In this document: one piece after another, positions 17,480-26,592 of the stretch
How positions within the stretch are numbered: the stretch's first letter is position 1
Layout of the letters: every line of letters starts with the position of its first letter
NCBI GenBank assembly: GCA_002393905.1
Contig: DGSJ01000054.1
Span: 1-38,639, forward strand
DNA from: Bacillales bacterium UBA4365
Lineage (GTDB): Bacteria > Bacillota_I > Bacilli_A > RFN20 > CAG-826
DNA: 38,639 bases
Reading direction: 5' to 3'
Program-made: the position numbers and the translations under genes
The notes under the pieces: model-generated
Seen by the model: the letters and a program-made list of their open reading frames with translations, nothing else
Databases searched by the model: none
Told to the model about the DNA's origin: nothing

Positions 17480-18349
17480 TTATCGAGAGTTTTTGAACTG
17501 ACCAAAAACACTAATGTGAGCCGGAAGAACATCCAAAACAAGATTTCCTTTCATTCCTTCCTCACCATCAAGGCACCAAGAACCAGTTTCTGATGTCGTG
17601 ATTTCAGCATGTTTTGTATTGATAACAGTTATCTTATTACGATGGAAGATATAGTTAGTTAAACCATTAAAAATGGTTGTTGGAGTAATATAGATGTTCA
17701 TTTTTCCATCAAAAAGTGAGTTGTGTGGGTTAACTCTAAAGCCACCAACATTGACTCCGTTTAGACACATCAAAAATGGCGTTTCAAAATCATATTCACC
17801 CTGATCACATTTGATATGAACGTTGATTCTCTTTTTAGTGAATACTTCTTTCACTGCCACATTGTAGTAAGCAAAGCGACCAAGAATCTTCTTTTGTTTA
17901 CGTGGGACAATGTAGGAAATATCAGTGAATTGACCAATGGCGGCAACAAATGTCCAGTACTCATTATTTGCTCTGCAAATATCGATGTCATAAACATGTT
18001 GTTTTTCAATAACTTTGAGGGCTTGACGAATGCTTCCTTTAACTCCAAAAGATTTACCAGAATCATTAACCGTACCCATTGGAATGTAACCAATAATTGG
18101 ACGTTCTTCTTTCTTTAAAGGAGCGATTGCGTTAACAGCATCTTTCAAAGTACCATCACCACCACAAACAATAATGGCATCGTATCCATTTTTCTTTGCA
18201 TCACGACAGCACACTAATAAATCATCAACAGAAATTGTTTGATGTGCATCTAATTCAAATGATTTTGAAAGACGTTTAATAATCTTTCCATGTTTTTTGA
18301 ATTTACTTTGTAATCCAGTTTTGTTCGAATATAGATACAACGCTTTCAT
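17480..18349 (-). CDS. Diacylglycerol/lipid kinase family protein (DagK/YegS/BmrU type)
   Basis: The catalytic-domain signature IIVCGGDGTLKDAVN and the length (289 aa) fit the LCB5/DagK lipid kinase family. Confidence 0.75.
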   Translation of the reverse strand: MKALYLYSNKTGLQSKFKKHGKIIKRLSKSFELDAHQTISVDDLLVCCRDAKKNGYDAIIVCGGDGTLKDAVNAIAPLKKEERPIIGYIPMGTVNDSGKSFGVKGSIRQALKVIEKQHVYDIDICRANNEYWTFVAAIGQFTDISYIVPRKQKKILGRFAYYNVAVKEVFTKKRINVHIKCDQGEYDFETPFLMCLNGVNVGGFRVNPHNSLFDGKMNIYITPTTIFNGLTNYIFHRNKITVINTKHAEITTSETGSWCLDGEEGMKGNLVLDVLPAHISVFGQFKNSR

Positions 18350-18391
18350 TACAATTATTTTAATACATATAAATTAATATAGAAGATAAAG

Positions 18392-18416
18392 AAAAAAACA
18401 GAACAACAGCTCTGTT
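18392..18416 (-). terminator. Rho-independent terminator after tRNA-Glu
   Basis: On the minus strand: AACAGAGC-tgtt-GTTCTGTT (7/8 pairs) followed by TTTTTTT. Confidence 0.6.
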
Positions 18417-18421
18417 TTCTT

Positions 18422-18496
18422 TGGTGACCCTAGAGAGAATCGAACTCTCGATTCAACCTTGAGAGGGTTGCGTCTTAGCCGCTTGACCATAGGGCC
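18422..18496 (-). tRNA. tRNA-Glu (anticodon CUC)
   Basis: 75-nt cloverleaf GGCCCTA..TAGGGTC-A-CCA with anticodon stem CAACC/GGTTG and loop CTCTCAA. Strong resemblance to Bacillus-type tRNA-Glu. CCA is encoded. Confidence 0.85.
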
Positions 18497-18503
18497 AATG
18501 TGA

Positions 18504-20168
18504 TTATTTTAAACTAGTCACAGCTAAATTGATACGACGATTTACTTCATCCTGACCTAAGATTTGGAGGACACAGTAAAGGTTTGGAGAATTTTTCGCA
18601 CCACAAAGAGCAACACGAATCATTTCTGCTACATCTCCAACGTGACCTTTGTATTGGTCTGGAGCTTGTTTATAGACTTTGTTTGATTCAGCAAATCCAT
18701 GGCGAACGCCAAGTTCTTTCACTGTTGAGAACCAAACATCATTAGCTAAGGAGTAGTCATTGGATTTAGCAAAATCTAATAAAACTTCTTTAATAACACT
18801 AGAGTCAATTGTTTCGTTGAATGGGTATCCGTTAGAAACAATTTCCTCGTATCTTTCTGGGTAGAAGAAACCAATGATTGGATAGACTTGAGAATAGTTG
18901 CTAAAGTCTTTTCTAGCCTTCTCTCCACCACGTTCAATATTGAGTGCTTTAACAGAGATTTGCTGGTATTTTTTCAAAAATTGATTGAGTTTTGCATCGA
19001 ATTTTTCTGACCAGGAAAGAAGGCGATTGTAGAGTTCTTCAGCACTAAATAAAGCAATCACTTCTTTGCTGAAGAAATCGAGTTTGTCTTGGTCAAACAA
19101 GACACCATCGAGACTCATCTTGGAGAAGGAGAATTTAAAATCATCAATGTTATAAGATTTGTTTTCGGCAGTCCATTCTTCAAAATTAGAGTTAGCAATA
19201 CTCATTAAGTAAGCTTTAAGAGCTTCGGCAGGATAGCCACCTTCGATAAAGTGGGAAACACTAGCTTCTGGATCTTTACGTTTGGAGAGTTTTCTCTTAT
19301 TTCCGTTATCTAGTTTCATAATAACTGGAAGGTGAGCATAACGAGGAAGTTTAAATCCTAAAGCATCGAATAATTCTAAGTGAATTGGAGCAGATGAAAT
19401 CCATTCTTCACCACGAATAACAGTTGTTGTTCTCATGAAGTGGTCATCAACAGCGTGGGCAAAGTGGTAAGTTGGAAGTCCATCGGACTTCATAATGACA
19501 ATATCAAGATCGTTTTCAGCAATGGAAATATCTCCACGAATTTCATCATGGAATGTAACTTTATTGTTATGGTTTCCTAAAGAACGGAAGCGAATAACAT
19601 AAGGTTCACCGGCCTTAATACGAGCTAAGGCATCACTTGGATCGATGTTACGACAAATTGCATAATCACCGTAATATCCAGGAATTTCTTTATTCATTTC
19701 CTGAATTTCACGTGTTTCTTCGAGTTGTTCGGCAGAACAGAAACATGGGTAAGCACGACCTTTAAGCATTAACTCTTTAATACAGATACGATAAATGTGT
19801 TCACGTTCACTTTGACGATATGGTCCATAAGAACCAACGTCTTTATCACCGAGGTAACCTTCTTTTGGAGCAACATCAAAGAATGAGAGTTGGCGAACTA
19901 ATTCTTCACCACTGCCTTCAATTTCACGTTTAGTATCAGTATCTTCTAAACGTAAGTAGAAAACACCTTTTGTATCTTTAGCGACTTTGTGAGCAACTAA
20001 AGATGTGAAAAGTGAACCTAAATGAAGGAATCCAGTTGGGCTTGGAGCGAAACGAGTAACCTCTGCTCCTTCTGGTAGGTTTCTTTGTGGATATTTCTTT
20101 TCTAAATCAGCGATTGTTTCGCTGATATCTGGGAATATGTAGTTTGCTAATTCTTCGAAGTTTGCCAT
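18504..20168 (-). CDS. gltX: Glutamate--tRNA ligase (long form, 554 aa)
   Basis: RFAPSPTGFLHLGS (HIGH-type motif), KLSKRK (KMSKS-type motif), and the overall class I GluRS pattern. Confidence 0.85.
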   Translation of the reverse strand: MANFEELANYIFPDISETIADLEKKYPQRNLPEGAEVTRFAPSPTGFLHLGSLFTSLVAHKVAKDTKGVFYLRLEDTDTKREIEGSGEELVRQLSFFDVAPKEGYLGDKDVGSYGPYRQSEREHIYRICIKELMLKGRAYPCFCSAEQLEETREIQEMNKEIPGYYGDYAICRNIDPSDALARIKAGEPYVIRFRSLGNHNNKVTFHDEIRGDISIAENDLDIVIMKSDGLPTYHFAHAVDDHFMRTTTVIRGEEWISSAPIHLELFDALGFKLPRYAHLPVIMKLDNGNKRKLSKRKDPEASVSHFIEGGYPAEALKAYLMSIANSNFEEWTAENKSYNIDDFKFSFSKMSLDGVLFDQDKLDFFSKEVIALFSAEELYNRLLSWSEKFDAKLNQFLKKYQQISVKALNIERGGEKARKDFSNYSQVYPIIGFFYPERYEEIVSNGYPFNETIDSSVIKEVLLDFAKSNDYSLANDVWFSTVKELGVRHGFAESNKVYKQAPDQYKGHVGDVAEMIRVALCGAKNSPNLYCVLQILGQDEVNRRINLAVTSLK

Positions 20169-20236
20169 AATTTTTGTTTCTCAATATTTATCTTGAAGTA
20201 TTATACATCATTCTTTATAATAATAAACGCTGAATT

Positions 20237-20310
20237 GCAGATGTAGTTCAGTGGTAGAACACTACCTTGCCAAGGTAGTTATGCGGGTTCGATTCCCGTC
20301 ATCTGCTCCA
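20237..20310 (+). tRNA. tRNA-Gly (anticodon GCC)
   Basis: 74-nt cloverleaf GCAGATG..CATCTGC-T-CCA with anticodon stem CTACC/GGTAG and loop TTGCCAA. Confidence 0.9.
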
Positions 20311-20315
20311 AATGA

Positions 20316-20348
20316 AGAAAAAACAGTGCATAGCACTGTTTATTTTTT
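20316..20348. terminator. Bidirectional rho-independent terminator
   Basis: AACAGTGC-ata-GCACTGTT perfect 8-bp stem, flanked by GAAAAAA on the left and TATTTTTT on the right. Serves plus-strand tRNA-Gly and the minus-strand CDS ending at 20340. Confidence 0.75.
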
Positions 20349-21416
20349 ATCTTCGGAAGGTTGTTCTGGGTTTTCTTTTATAGCGTCATCTGCTTCTTTA
20401 AGCATTTTATCCAGCTCTTCTTTACTACGTTGAATTTCTTCTTCGATTTTCTTCCGATCTTCTTCAGAGAGTTGGTTTGTCCTTTGTAGATCATTCAGAG
20501 TCTTTTCACTTAAGTGAATCGAAGCTTTTGAATAATCATCAGTTGATGCAATAAAAATCATTCTTAAAACATCGAAGTAATAAGGAATGAATGGCAAAAG
20601 TAAGATTAGTGAAACGAACAAAGCAACAAATAAGGTTCTTGTCGCATCAAAGTTAAAGACAAAACCAGCGACATATGTTGCACCAGCAAATGTTAAAAGG
20701 AACCATAAAGTAACATACCAAACAGCTCCATAATATTCTTTATAAAATTCTTTTCTTCTCATGTGAGCAGCAACCATGTAAAGTCGGTTCACTGCTTTCA
20801 TTGGCATTGGTTTATTGGTCATCAAATTGATATAGAATTTTTCACTGTTGAGTAGACAATGACGGATAAAGGTATAAGAACCAAAACAAGAACCGACAAG
20901 AGAAGAAATTTTCATTGTCAAATTTGCTGGTTCAAAAGCCCAGAAATGATCCATGGCAACTGACATGGATTTTACGTCATTTGCTAGCTCAATTTCTTTC
21001 AAAATCTCCGCAAATCCTGGTTGTCCTCTCAAAAATGTGTAATAAAGAATGATGGTTAAAAGTGTGCTAAAAATGATGGATATTAGGATTGCTTTGAGTA
21101 ATCCGATTAATGCCTTAAATCCACCAAAAAAGATACCTTGAAAATAGAGTGGATAAAAGACAAAAAATGACTTAATTGGAGCACTTTTAGAAATGTTTAA
21201 TCCAGCAAGAGTTGAAAGGTAAGCAAAGGTAAATGGAAGAACAAAAAATGGGATCGTGATCACCATTGTAAATCCAACCCAGATGTTAAGAAGCAAACAA
21301 ACAGCCAGAATAAAAACATACATCGCTGTTAAAGTTGATTTAGCACCGAAGTCTTTTTTATATTCTTTCCAAGCTTCTTTTCCAATCATTTGACTCTGTC
21401 TCTTAAATTGATACAT
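20340..21416 (-). CDS. Polytopic membrane protein with charged coiled-coil C-terminal tail, unknown function
   Basis: About 7 hydrophobic helices followed by LSEEDRKKIEEEIQRSKEELDKMLKEADDAIKENPEQPSEDKK. An alternative start at ATG 21389 forms an ATGA overlap with the upstream stop. Confidence 0.55.
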   Translation of the reverse strand: MYQFKRQSQMIGKEAWKEYKKDFGAKSTLTAMYVFILAVCLLLNIWVGFTMVITIPFFVLPFTFAYLSTLAGLNISKSAPIKSFFVFYPLYFQGIFFGGFKALIGLLKAILISIIFSTLLTIILYYTFLRGQPGFAEILKEIELANDVKSMSVAMDHFWAFEPANLTMKISSLVGSCFGSYTFIRHCLLNSEKFYINLMTNKPMPMKAVNRLYMVAAHMRRKEFYKEYYGAVWYVTLWFLLTFAGATYVAGFVFNFDATRTLFVALFVSLILLLPFIPYYFDVLRMIFIASTDDYSKASIHLSEKTLNDLQRTNQLSEEDRKKIEEEIQRSKEELDKMLKEADDAIKENPEQPSEDKK

Positions 21417-21988
21417 GAAATGTCATGAACCGCATACATCATTTGTTCTTGATTTAGTGGATCGACATTTTTACTTTCATAGAAGTTAACTACTTCTTTG
21501 AGTTTACGAACATAAACAAGCGAATTGTTATCATCATAATTGATGATGTTACATGAATCATTAACCAAAGCGATTGGCACAAACAATGATTCATCTAAAT
21601 TGATAATTGATGATAGTTCTTTTAATTGTTGTCTAGCTAGTAATACAGGATTATCAGTGTAGGAATTCTTTTTCTTTCCTTTTAGTAAAAAGGAGTTATC
21701 AGAACTTTTACCATATAAATCTGCTTCTGAGTAGAAGTCATAAAAGACATAAATAAACTTGTTTCCAAACATTAAATGATCAATCACAAGCATTGTGTCA
21801 TCATGACTTTTTAAGGTCAGTAGATTAATTAGATAATAATCCTTTCGCATTGCTAATCGATAAACCTTTCGCCCATAGATTTCACGATAATGTTTACGAT
21901 AAACAATTCGATACAAATAAGGAAAAGCAATAGTAGAAACTATTGCGATTCCGAGTAATACGATTAAAACAACAAATAAGACTGGCAT
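21386..21988 (-). CDS. N-terminally membrane-anchored NERD-like (nuclease-related domain) protein
   Basis: One N-terminal TM. The segment GRKVYRLAMRKDYYLINLLTL...LVIDHLMFGNKFIYVFYDF...NPVLLARQQLKEL follows the NERD pattern (G..E..v...L...y.v..n..l....eiDh..i....i.vie.K......P..Q......L). Confidence 0.45.
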   Translation of the reverse strand: MPVLFVVLIVLLGIAIVSTIAFPYLYRIVYRKHYREIYGRKVYRLAMRKDYYLINLLTLKSHDDTMLVIDHLMFGNKFIYVFYDFYSEADLYGKSSDNSFLLKGKKKNSYTDNPVLLARQQLKELSSIINLDESLFVPIALVNDSCNIINYDDNNSLVYVRKLKEVVNFYESKNVDPLNQEQMMYAVHDISCINLRDRVK

Positions 21989-21993
21989 CCTAA

Positions 21994-22710
21994 TTAAGCG
22001 AATGACTCAGCAGTTTCGATAGCAACATCAATCATGTTGAATAGACCTGTTTGACGTTGTTCAGCAGTTAAACGGCCTTCTTTAACAAAGCTATCTGTGA
22101 CTGTTAACATAGTTAACGCACGTTTACTAAGTTCCTTGGCTGTCACATAAAGAGCGTAAGATTCCATTTCAACACCCATGACACCTAATGCAGCCCATTT
22201 CTTCCAGATTTCTTTATCGTGATCATAGAAGACATCGGCAGCAAAAATGTTGCCAATATGGTGAGGATATTTCTTTTTAAGCAAAACTTCTCTTGCTTTT
22301 AATAAAACATCGAAATCAGCTAAAGCTGAGAATGTTCCGTTTAAGCCAAATTGTGACATCCAGTTGGAGTCTGTTGATGCACCTGCACAGAGTAAAACAT
22401 CAAAGAAATCAATGTTTGGTTGATATGATCCACATGTTCCAACACGAATAATTGTCTCGACATCATATTCAGCATAAAGTTCATAAGAATAAATACCAAT
22501 GGATGGATGTCCCATACCAGAAGCCATAACAGAAACACGTTTACCGTTTTTGGTGTAACCTGTGAAACAGAGGTTTCCACGAACTTGGTTAACAAGTTTC
22601 ACGTCATGTAAAAAGTTTTCGGCAATCCATTTCGCACGATTTGGATCACCAGGCATTAAAACGACTTTTGCAATATCGCCTTTTTTAGCCTCATTATGTG
22701 GTGTAGCCAT
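21994..22710 (-). CDS. deoD: Purine nucleoside phosphorylase, DeoD type
   Basis: MATPHNEAKKGDIAKVVLMPGDPNRAKWIAENFL...IRVGTCG is near-collinear with E. coli DeoD. ORF trimmed to ATG 22710 with AAGGAG upstream. Confidence 0.9.
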   Translation of the reverse strand: MATPHNEAKKGDIAKVVLMPGDPNRAKWIAENFLHDVKLVNQVRGNLCFTGYTKNGKRVSVMASGMGHPSIGIYSYELYAEYDVETIIRVGTCGSYQPNIDFFDVLLCAGASTDSNWMSQFGLNGTFSALADFDVLLKAREVLLKKKYPHHIGNIFAADVFYDHDKEIWKKWAALGVMGVEMESYALYVTAKELSKRALTMLTVTDSFVKEGRLTAEQRQTGLFNMIDVAIETAESFA

Positions 22711-22768
22711 ATAAATCTCCTTATTGTTCGCTTGATATTTTATCAAATGCGTTAATAGATTTCATTAT

Positions 22769-23377
22769 CTAATCAAAAATTGTTGTTCCGTTTCGATAAG
22801 CTTCAAAGATTCGATCAAGCTCATCCTTAGACATCTTTCGAGACATTTCAGGAAGCTGATCCATTGGGAAGAACTTCACATCTGTTGTTTCATGACAATG
22901 TTCATGGAACTTCTTGTGGTCAATTGAACCTTCAAAAACCATCACATATTCTGGAACATTTTTGCTTGATTTAAATGGGGTTCTCTCTAAGAGAGCGACC
23001 AATCGAACAATCTTTGGCTCGATTCCGGCTTCTTGAGAAACCTCATTAAATGCCGCTTTGCTTGGTGAATCATACAAATCCGCCCAGCCACCAGGCATTG
23101 ACCACAAACCTGAATTAGCTTCACGAACTAACAAAATTTCACCTTTATCGTTGGTAATAATTGTTCGAGAAGAAATGGATGGAGTTGGATAAATATCACG
23201 TTCAAACATGCTTGGACGGTCAAACTTCACATCACAAAATTTCTCTAACATTTCTTTAGATAATTCATTAAGTTCTTTGTAGTTATCAATCGCGTATGGA
23301 TCCTTCGAAAACGTTAATCCGATTTTTGCAATTGAGTGGACTTTTACCACAAAATCATAGAATTCTTGATATTTCAT
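22769..23377 (-). CDS. NUDIX hydrolase with Nudix_N-type N-terminal domain (ADP-ribose pyrophosphatase-like)
   Basis: The N-terminal IAKIGLTFSKDPYAIDNYKEL resembles the Nudix hydrolase N-terminal domain. Nudix box GGWADLYDSPSKAAFNEVSQEAGIE. ORF trimmed to ATG 23377. Confidence 0.7.
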   Translation of the reverse strand: MKYQEFYDFVVKVHSIAKIGLTFSKDPYAIDNYKELNELSKEMLEKFCDVKFDRPSMFERDIYPTPSISSRTIITNDKGEILLVREANSGLWSMPGGWADLYDSPSKAAFNEVSQEAGIEPKIVRLVALLERTPFKSSKNVPEYVMVFEGSIDHKKFHEHCHETTDVKFFPMDQLPEMSRKMSKDELDRIFEAYRNGTTIFD

Positions 23378-23414
23378 AACGAAATTATAACATAGTGATA
23401 ATTTCAAGTTAAAA

Positions 23415-23447
23415 CAAAATAAAAAATACCCAGGAATTGCTGGATAT
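23415..23447 (-). terminator. Rho-independent terminator after cdaA
   Basis: On the minus strand: ATATCCAG-caattc-CTGGGTAT (7/8 pairs) followed by a T-rich run. Confidence 0.5.
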
Positions 23448-23466
23448 TTTTATGTTTTATTAAGTT

Positions 23467-24240
23467 TTATTCGGCCTTATCGTTTTCAGCTAACATGTAA
23501 TCCTCAAGAACTCTCATAAAGGAGTCTGGAGTCACATGAATTAATTCTCCGGCAACAGCAAGAGAGATGCGGCCAGTTTCTTCGCTAACAACTACTGTCA
23601 CCGAGTCAGAAACTTCACTAATACCAATTGCGGCACGGTGACGACTTCCGAACTTACCAGTTAAAGGTTTAGTTGTTGGAGTGTAATATACTGAAGCGGC
23701 AGCAATCAGATCACGACGAATAACAACGGCACCATCGTGAAGTCTTGTACCCGGATAGAAGATGGTTTGCAGAAGTTCTGGAGTAACAGGAGCGTTCACC
23801 ACTGTACCAGACTTCATAAAGTCATCTAAGTTTGTATTACGTTCAAAAGTAATAATCGCACCAATTTTTGATTTGGATAAGTTCTCCACTGCTTGGAATA
23901 CTCTTGTATACAAAGCATGACGATCAAAAACTTTTTCAGTGCGTTTGGATTTAATTGATAATGTGTTCGCCACAAAAGGACGAAGATCACCTTGGTTTAT
24001 AACCAAGAAAGTTGTTACAAGACCACAAGTAACAATTAACGTTGCAATCCAAAGTGCACTTAAACCAAAGAACCAAGCCACCACTGTTGCGCTTAAACCA
24101 ACAACAGAAATAACGAATGGAACTTTTCGACGTAAAAGCTTCAAGAGAACAACGATTGAAGCAACTAGAAATAGCACAAAAAGTGCTAACTCAATCCAAA
24201 GAGCAACATTATTAGTAACAAATTGGCCACCAACAAACAT
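23467..24240 (-). CDS. cdaA: Diadenylate cyclase CdaA (membrane-anchored DisA_N domain)
   Basis: Three N-terminal TM helices. DAC motifs LHDGAVVI and GSRHRAAIGISEVSDSVTVVVSEETG. Confidence 0.9.
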   Translation of the reverse strand: MFVGGQFVTNNVALWIELALFVLFLVASIVVLLKLLRRKVPFVISVVGLSATVVAWFFGLSALWIATLIVTCGLVTTFLVINQGDLRPFVANTLSIKSKRTEKVFDRHALYTRVFQAVENLSKSKIGAIITFERNTNLDDFMKSGTVVNAPVTPELLQTIFYPGTRLHDGAVVIRRDLIAAASVYYTPTTKPLTGKFGSRHRAAIGISEVSDSVTVVVSEETGRISLAVAGELIHVTPDSFMRVLEDYMLAENDKAE

Positions 24241-24242
24241 AA

Positions 24243-24728
24243 TTATTTAACCCAACGGTGAGCGAAGCGGCTAGCAGCAGAAGCGGCAATTGCACCAACA
24301 ATATCATCAATGAAGGTGTTAACAACGCCGGTGTCTTTTCCGTCTTCGTTTAATTTAGCAATAATGCCGTATTTCTTTTTATCGATGAATCCGAAGTTTG
24401 TTAAGGCGATGGAACCATAAAGGTTACAAATACCATAAGCTAAAACTTCATCAACACCATATAAGCCTTCATCACGAGTAAGGATTGAGGCTAAGTCTTT
24501 GTCTTTCATATAACCTTGTTCAGCGGCAACATCAAGTTCAATACCAGTCATAATGGCGTTTTGAACTTCACGTTTAGAAAGAACAGACATGACCGATTCA
24601 AGAAGTTCTTCTTTCTTAAGATCAACGTGGTAATCAGCTTGTAAGAAACGAGCACAATCAGCGATATCGCTAACGGTGACACCACGAGACTCAAGTAATT
24701 CAATGCATTTTGTACGGTAATCTTCCAT
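24243..24728 (-). CDS. Phosphatidylglycerophosphatase A family protein (YutG-like)
   Basis: Length 161 aa. LYGVDEVLAYGICNLYGSIALTNFGFIDKKKYGII and the C-terminal DDIVGAIAASAASRFAHR resemble Firmicute PgpA/YutG proteins. Confidence 0.55.
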   Translation of the reverse strand: MEDYRTKCIELLESRGVTVSDIADCARFLQADYHVDLKKEELLESVMSVLSKREVQNAIMTGIELDVAAEQGYMKDKDLASILTRDEGLYGVDEVLAYGICNLYGSIALTNFGFIDKKKYGIIAKLNEDGKDTGVVNTFIDDIVGAIAASAASRFAHRWVK

Positions 24729-24831
24729 TTAAAATTTCTCCTTTTCTATAATTAATCAAAATTTTCAACTTAAGTATTATAGCACGAGTTATTTATTTAA
24801 ATAAAGCAAACTATATTAGAAATAACTAACC

Positions 24832-24857
24832 GAAAAGAAAAGGTTCCATAGGAACCT
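24832..24857 (-). terminator. Rho-independent terminator overlapping the pepF-like stop codon
   Basis: AGGTTCC-ata-GGAACCT perfect 7-bp stem at 24841-24857, followed on the minus strand by TTTCTTTTCG. Confidence 0.65.
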
Positions 24858-26574
24858 ATTCAAATTTTGATTCATCAAATCCTTTGAGGATTTTTCTTAA
24901 TGGGCGAATCACTTTCGCGACATTGCCATCCTCGAATGGATTTCTTAGATGAGCTTTTTCTAAGAGATGAACGAATGGATATTTACCACCCATTTTGCAG
25001 AGTTTGATGTACTTTTTCCAAGCTTTTTCTCTGTTCTTTGTTGACTCAACATAGAACTGGAAGGCGCAAACTTGAGCAAGGGTGTAATCGATGTAATAGA
25101 ACGGAGATCCAAAGATATGGGATTGTCTCATCCACCATCCACCATGTCCAGCAGCTTTCATTTCCTTTGGATACTTCTTTTGTGGAAGGTATCTAGATTC
25201 AATTTCTTTAAATGCAGCACATCGTTCTTCGTGAGTTGCAGTTGGGTGCTTATAAACCCAGTGTTGGAATTCATCAATAGTAATTCCATATGGTAAGAAG
25301 CAGATGGAATCACTTAAGTGATAATAACGATATTTTTCCGCATCTTTTCCAAAGAAGAGTTCCATCCATGGAGTAGCGAAATATTCCATTGACATAGAAT
25401 GAATTTCGCAAGATTCAAGAGTTGGAGAACGGTATTCACTTGGTTTGATATTACGGGATAAATAACCTTGTAATGCGTGACCAAATTCATGGGTTAACAC
25501 ATCAACATCGTGAGGTGTTCCATTGAAGTTAGAAAAGATGAACGGATATTTGTATTCATCAAAGAAAGTCATGTAGCCTCCAGGTTGTTTACCAGGGCGA
25601 GCTTCTAAATCAAGAAGATGACGTTCGTTCATGAAATCCCAGAATTCACCGGTAATTGGTGACATTTCGTGGTACATTTTGCCAGCGCTTTCCACTAAAT
25701 AATGGGAATCTCCAGCTAATTTTGGATTACCACTCTTGAAGAACAAGTTGTAATCGTAGTTATACATCTTATTAAATGGAATACCGATTCGTTTTGCTTG
25801 AGCACGGTATAACTTTTGAGCAACAGGAACAACTTCCTTCGCGATTTGCTTACGATAGTTAGCAACCATTTCTGGATTATAATCAACACGACCTAAAGAG
25901 AGATAACCAAGTTCAGTGAAGTCTTCAAAGCCAAGTTTTTTAGCAGCCTTGTCTCTTAATAAAACGAGTTTTCCATAGATATCGCCAATTTCTTGTTCGT
26001 GATCTTGGAAGAATTTATCCACCGCAATAGCCGCCTCTTTTCTTGTTTCGCGGTCAGCGCTAGAAGAGAATTTTCCCATTTGTGGGATGTTATAGGTTTG
26101 ACCTCTAAATTCGATTTGAGCAGAACCCATAACTCGGTCATATTGGGAACTTAATTTATTAATTTCAACAAGTTCTGGAATGATTTTTTCATCAAATGAT
26201 TTGAGTTCGTTTTCAATCATTTGGAAGTAGTATGAACCATACTTTTCTTCGATTTGTTTACGATATGGAAGAGCAACAAGAACTTTGTTCCACTCGTTAG
26301 CTAAATTAGAAATAAGAGGTGAAATTTCATCAACTAAATCTTGGTATTTAGCAATGACTTCGTCTTGAGTATTTAAAGTAAAACGAACAGAAATAATTCC
26401 GAAGTTTGTGCCCATTTTTGAGCCAAATCTTTCATAAGCTTTTATAACCTTAAATCCGGTTTCAAAATCAGGAGCAGCTTTTAGCTGTTCAATAAATGAT
26501 TTCATCTTTTTCTCAATTTGTTTAAATGAGAATTTTTGTATAGGAATATCTTCAAATTTAATTGTCTTTTCCAT
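24856..26574 (-). CDS. M3B family oligoendopeptidase (PepF-like)
   Basis: Zinc motif HEFGHALQ with a downstream E. Length 572 aa and a helical N-terminal half are typical of the M3B pepF family. Confidence 0.8.
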   Translation of the reverse strand: MEKTIKFEDIPIQKFSFKQIEKKMKSFIEQLKAAPDFETGFKVIKAYERFGSKMGTNFGIISVRFTLNTQDEVIAKYQDLVDEISPLISNLANEWNKVLVALPYRKQIEEKYGSYYFQMIENELKSFDEKIIPELVEINKLSSQYDRVMGSAQIEFRGQTYNIPQMGKFSSSADRETRKEAAIAVDKFFQDHEQEIGDIYGKLVLLRDKAAKKLGFEDFTELGYLSLGRVDYNPEMVANYRKQIAKEVVPVAQKLYRAQAKRIGIPFNKMYNYDYNLFFKSGNPKLAGDSHYLVESAGKMYHEMSPITGEFWDFMNERHLLDLEARPGKQPGGYMTFFDEYKYPFIFSNFNGTPHDVDVLTHEFGHALQGYLSRNIKPSEYRSPTLESCEIHSMSMEYFATPWMELFFGKDAEKYRYYHLSDSICFLPYGITIDEFQHWVYKHPTATHEERCAAFKEIESRYLPQKKYPKEMKAAGHGGWWMRQSHIFGSPFYYIDYTLAQVCAFQFYVESTKNREKAWKKYIKLCKMGGKYPFVHLLEKAHLRNPFEDGNVAKVIRPLRKILKGFDESKFE

Positions 26575-26592
26575 TTCTATGATCCTTTCTTA

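Noticed and set aside
17480-18349. Linking the DagK/LCB5-family lipid kinase to the SPT-like pathway as a sphingoid base or ceramide kinase.
   Set aside because: The kinase is 13 kb away in a separate transcription unit. DagK-type kinases are ubiquitous in Firmicutes (DgkB/YegS), and there is no sequence-level evidence for sphingoid specificity.
20169-20236. A T-box riboswitch or leader upstream of gltX.
   Set aside because: Only 68 nt separate gltX from the divergent tRNA-Gly gene. That is far too short for a T-box, and no specifier or antiterminator structure is visible.
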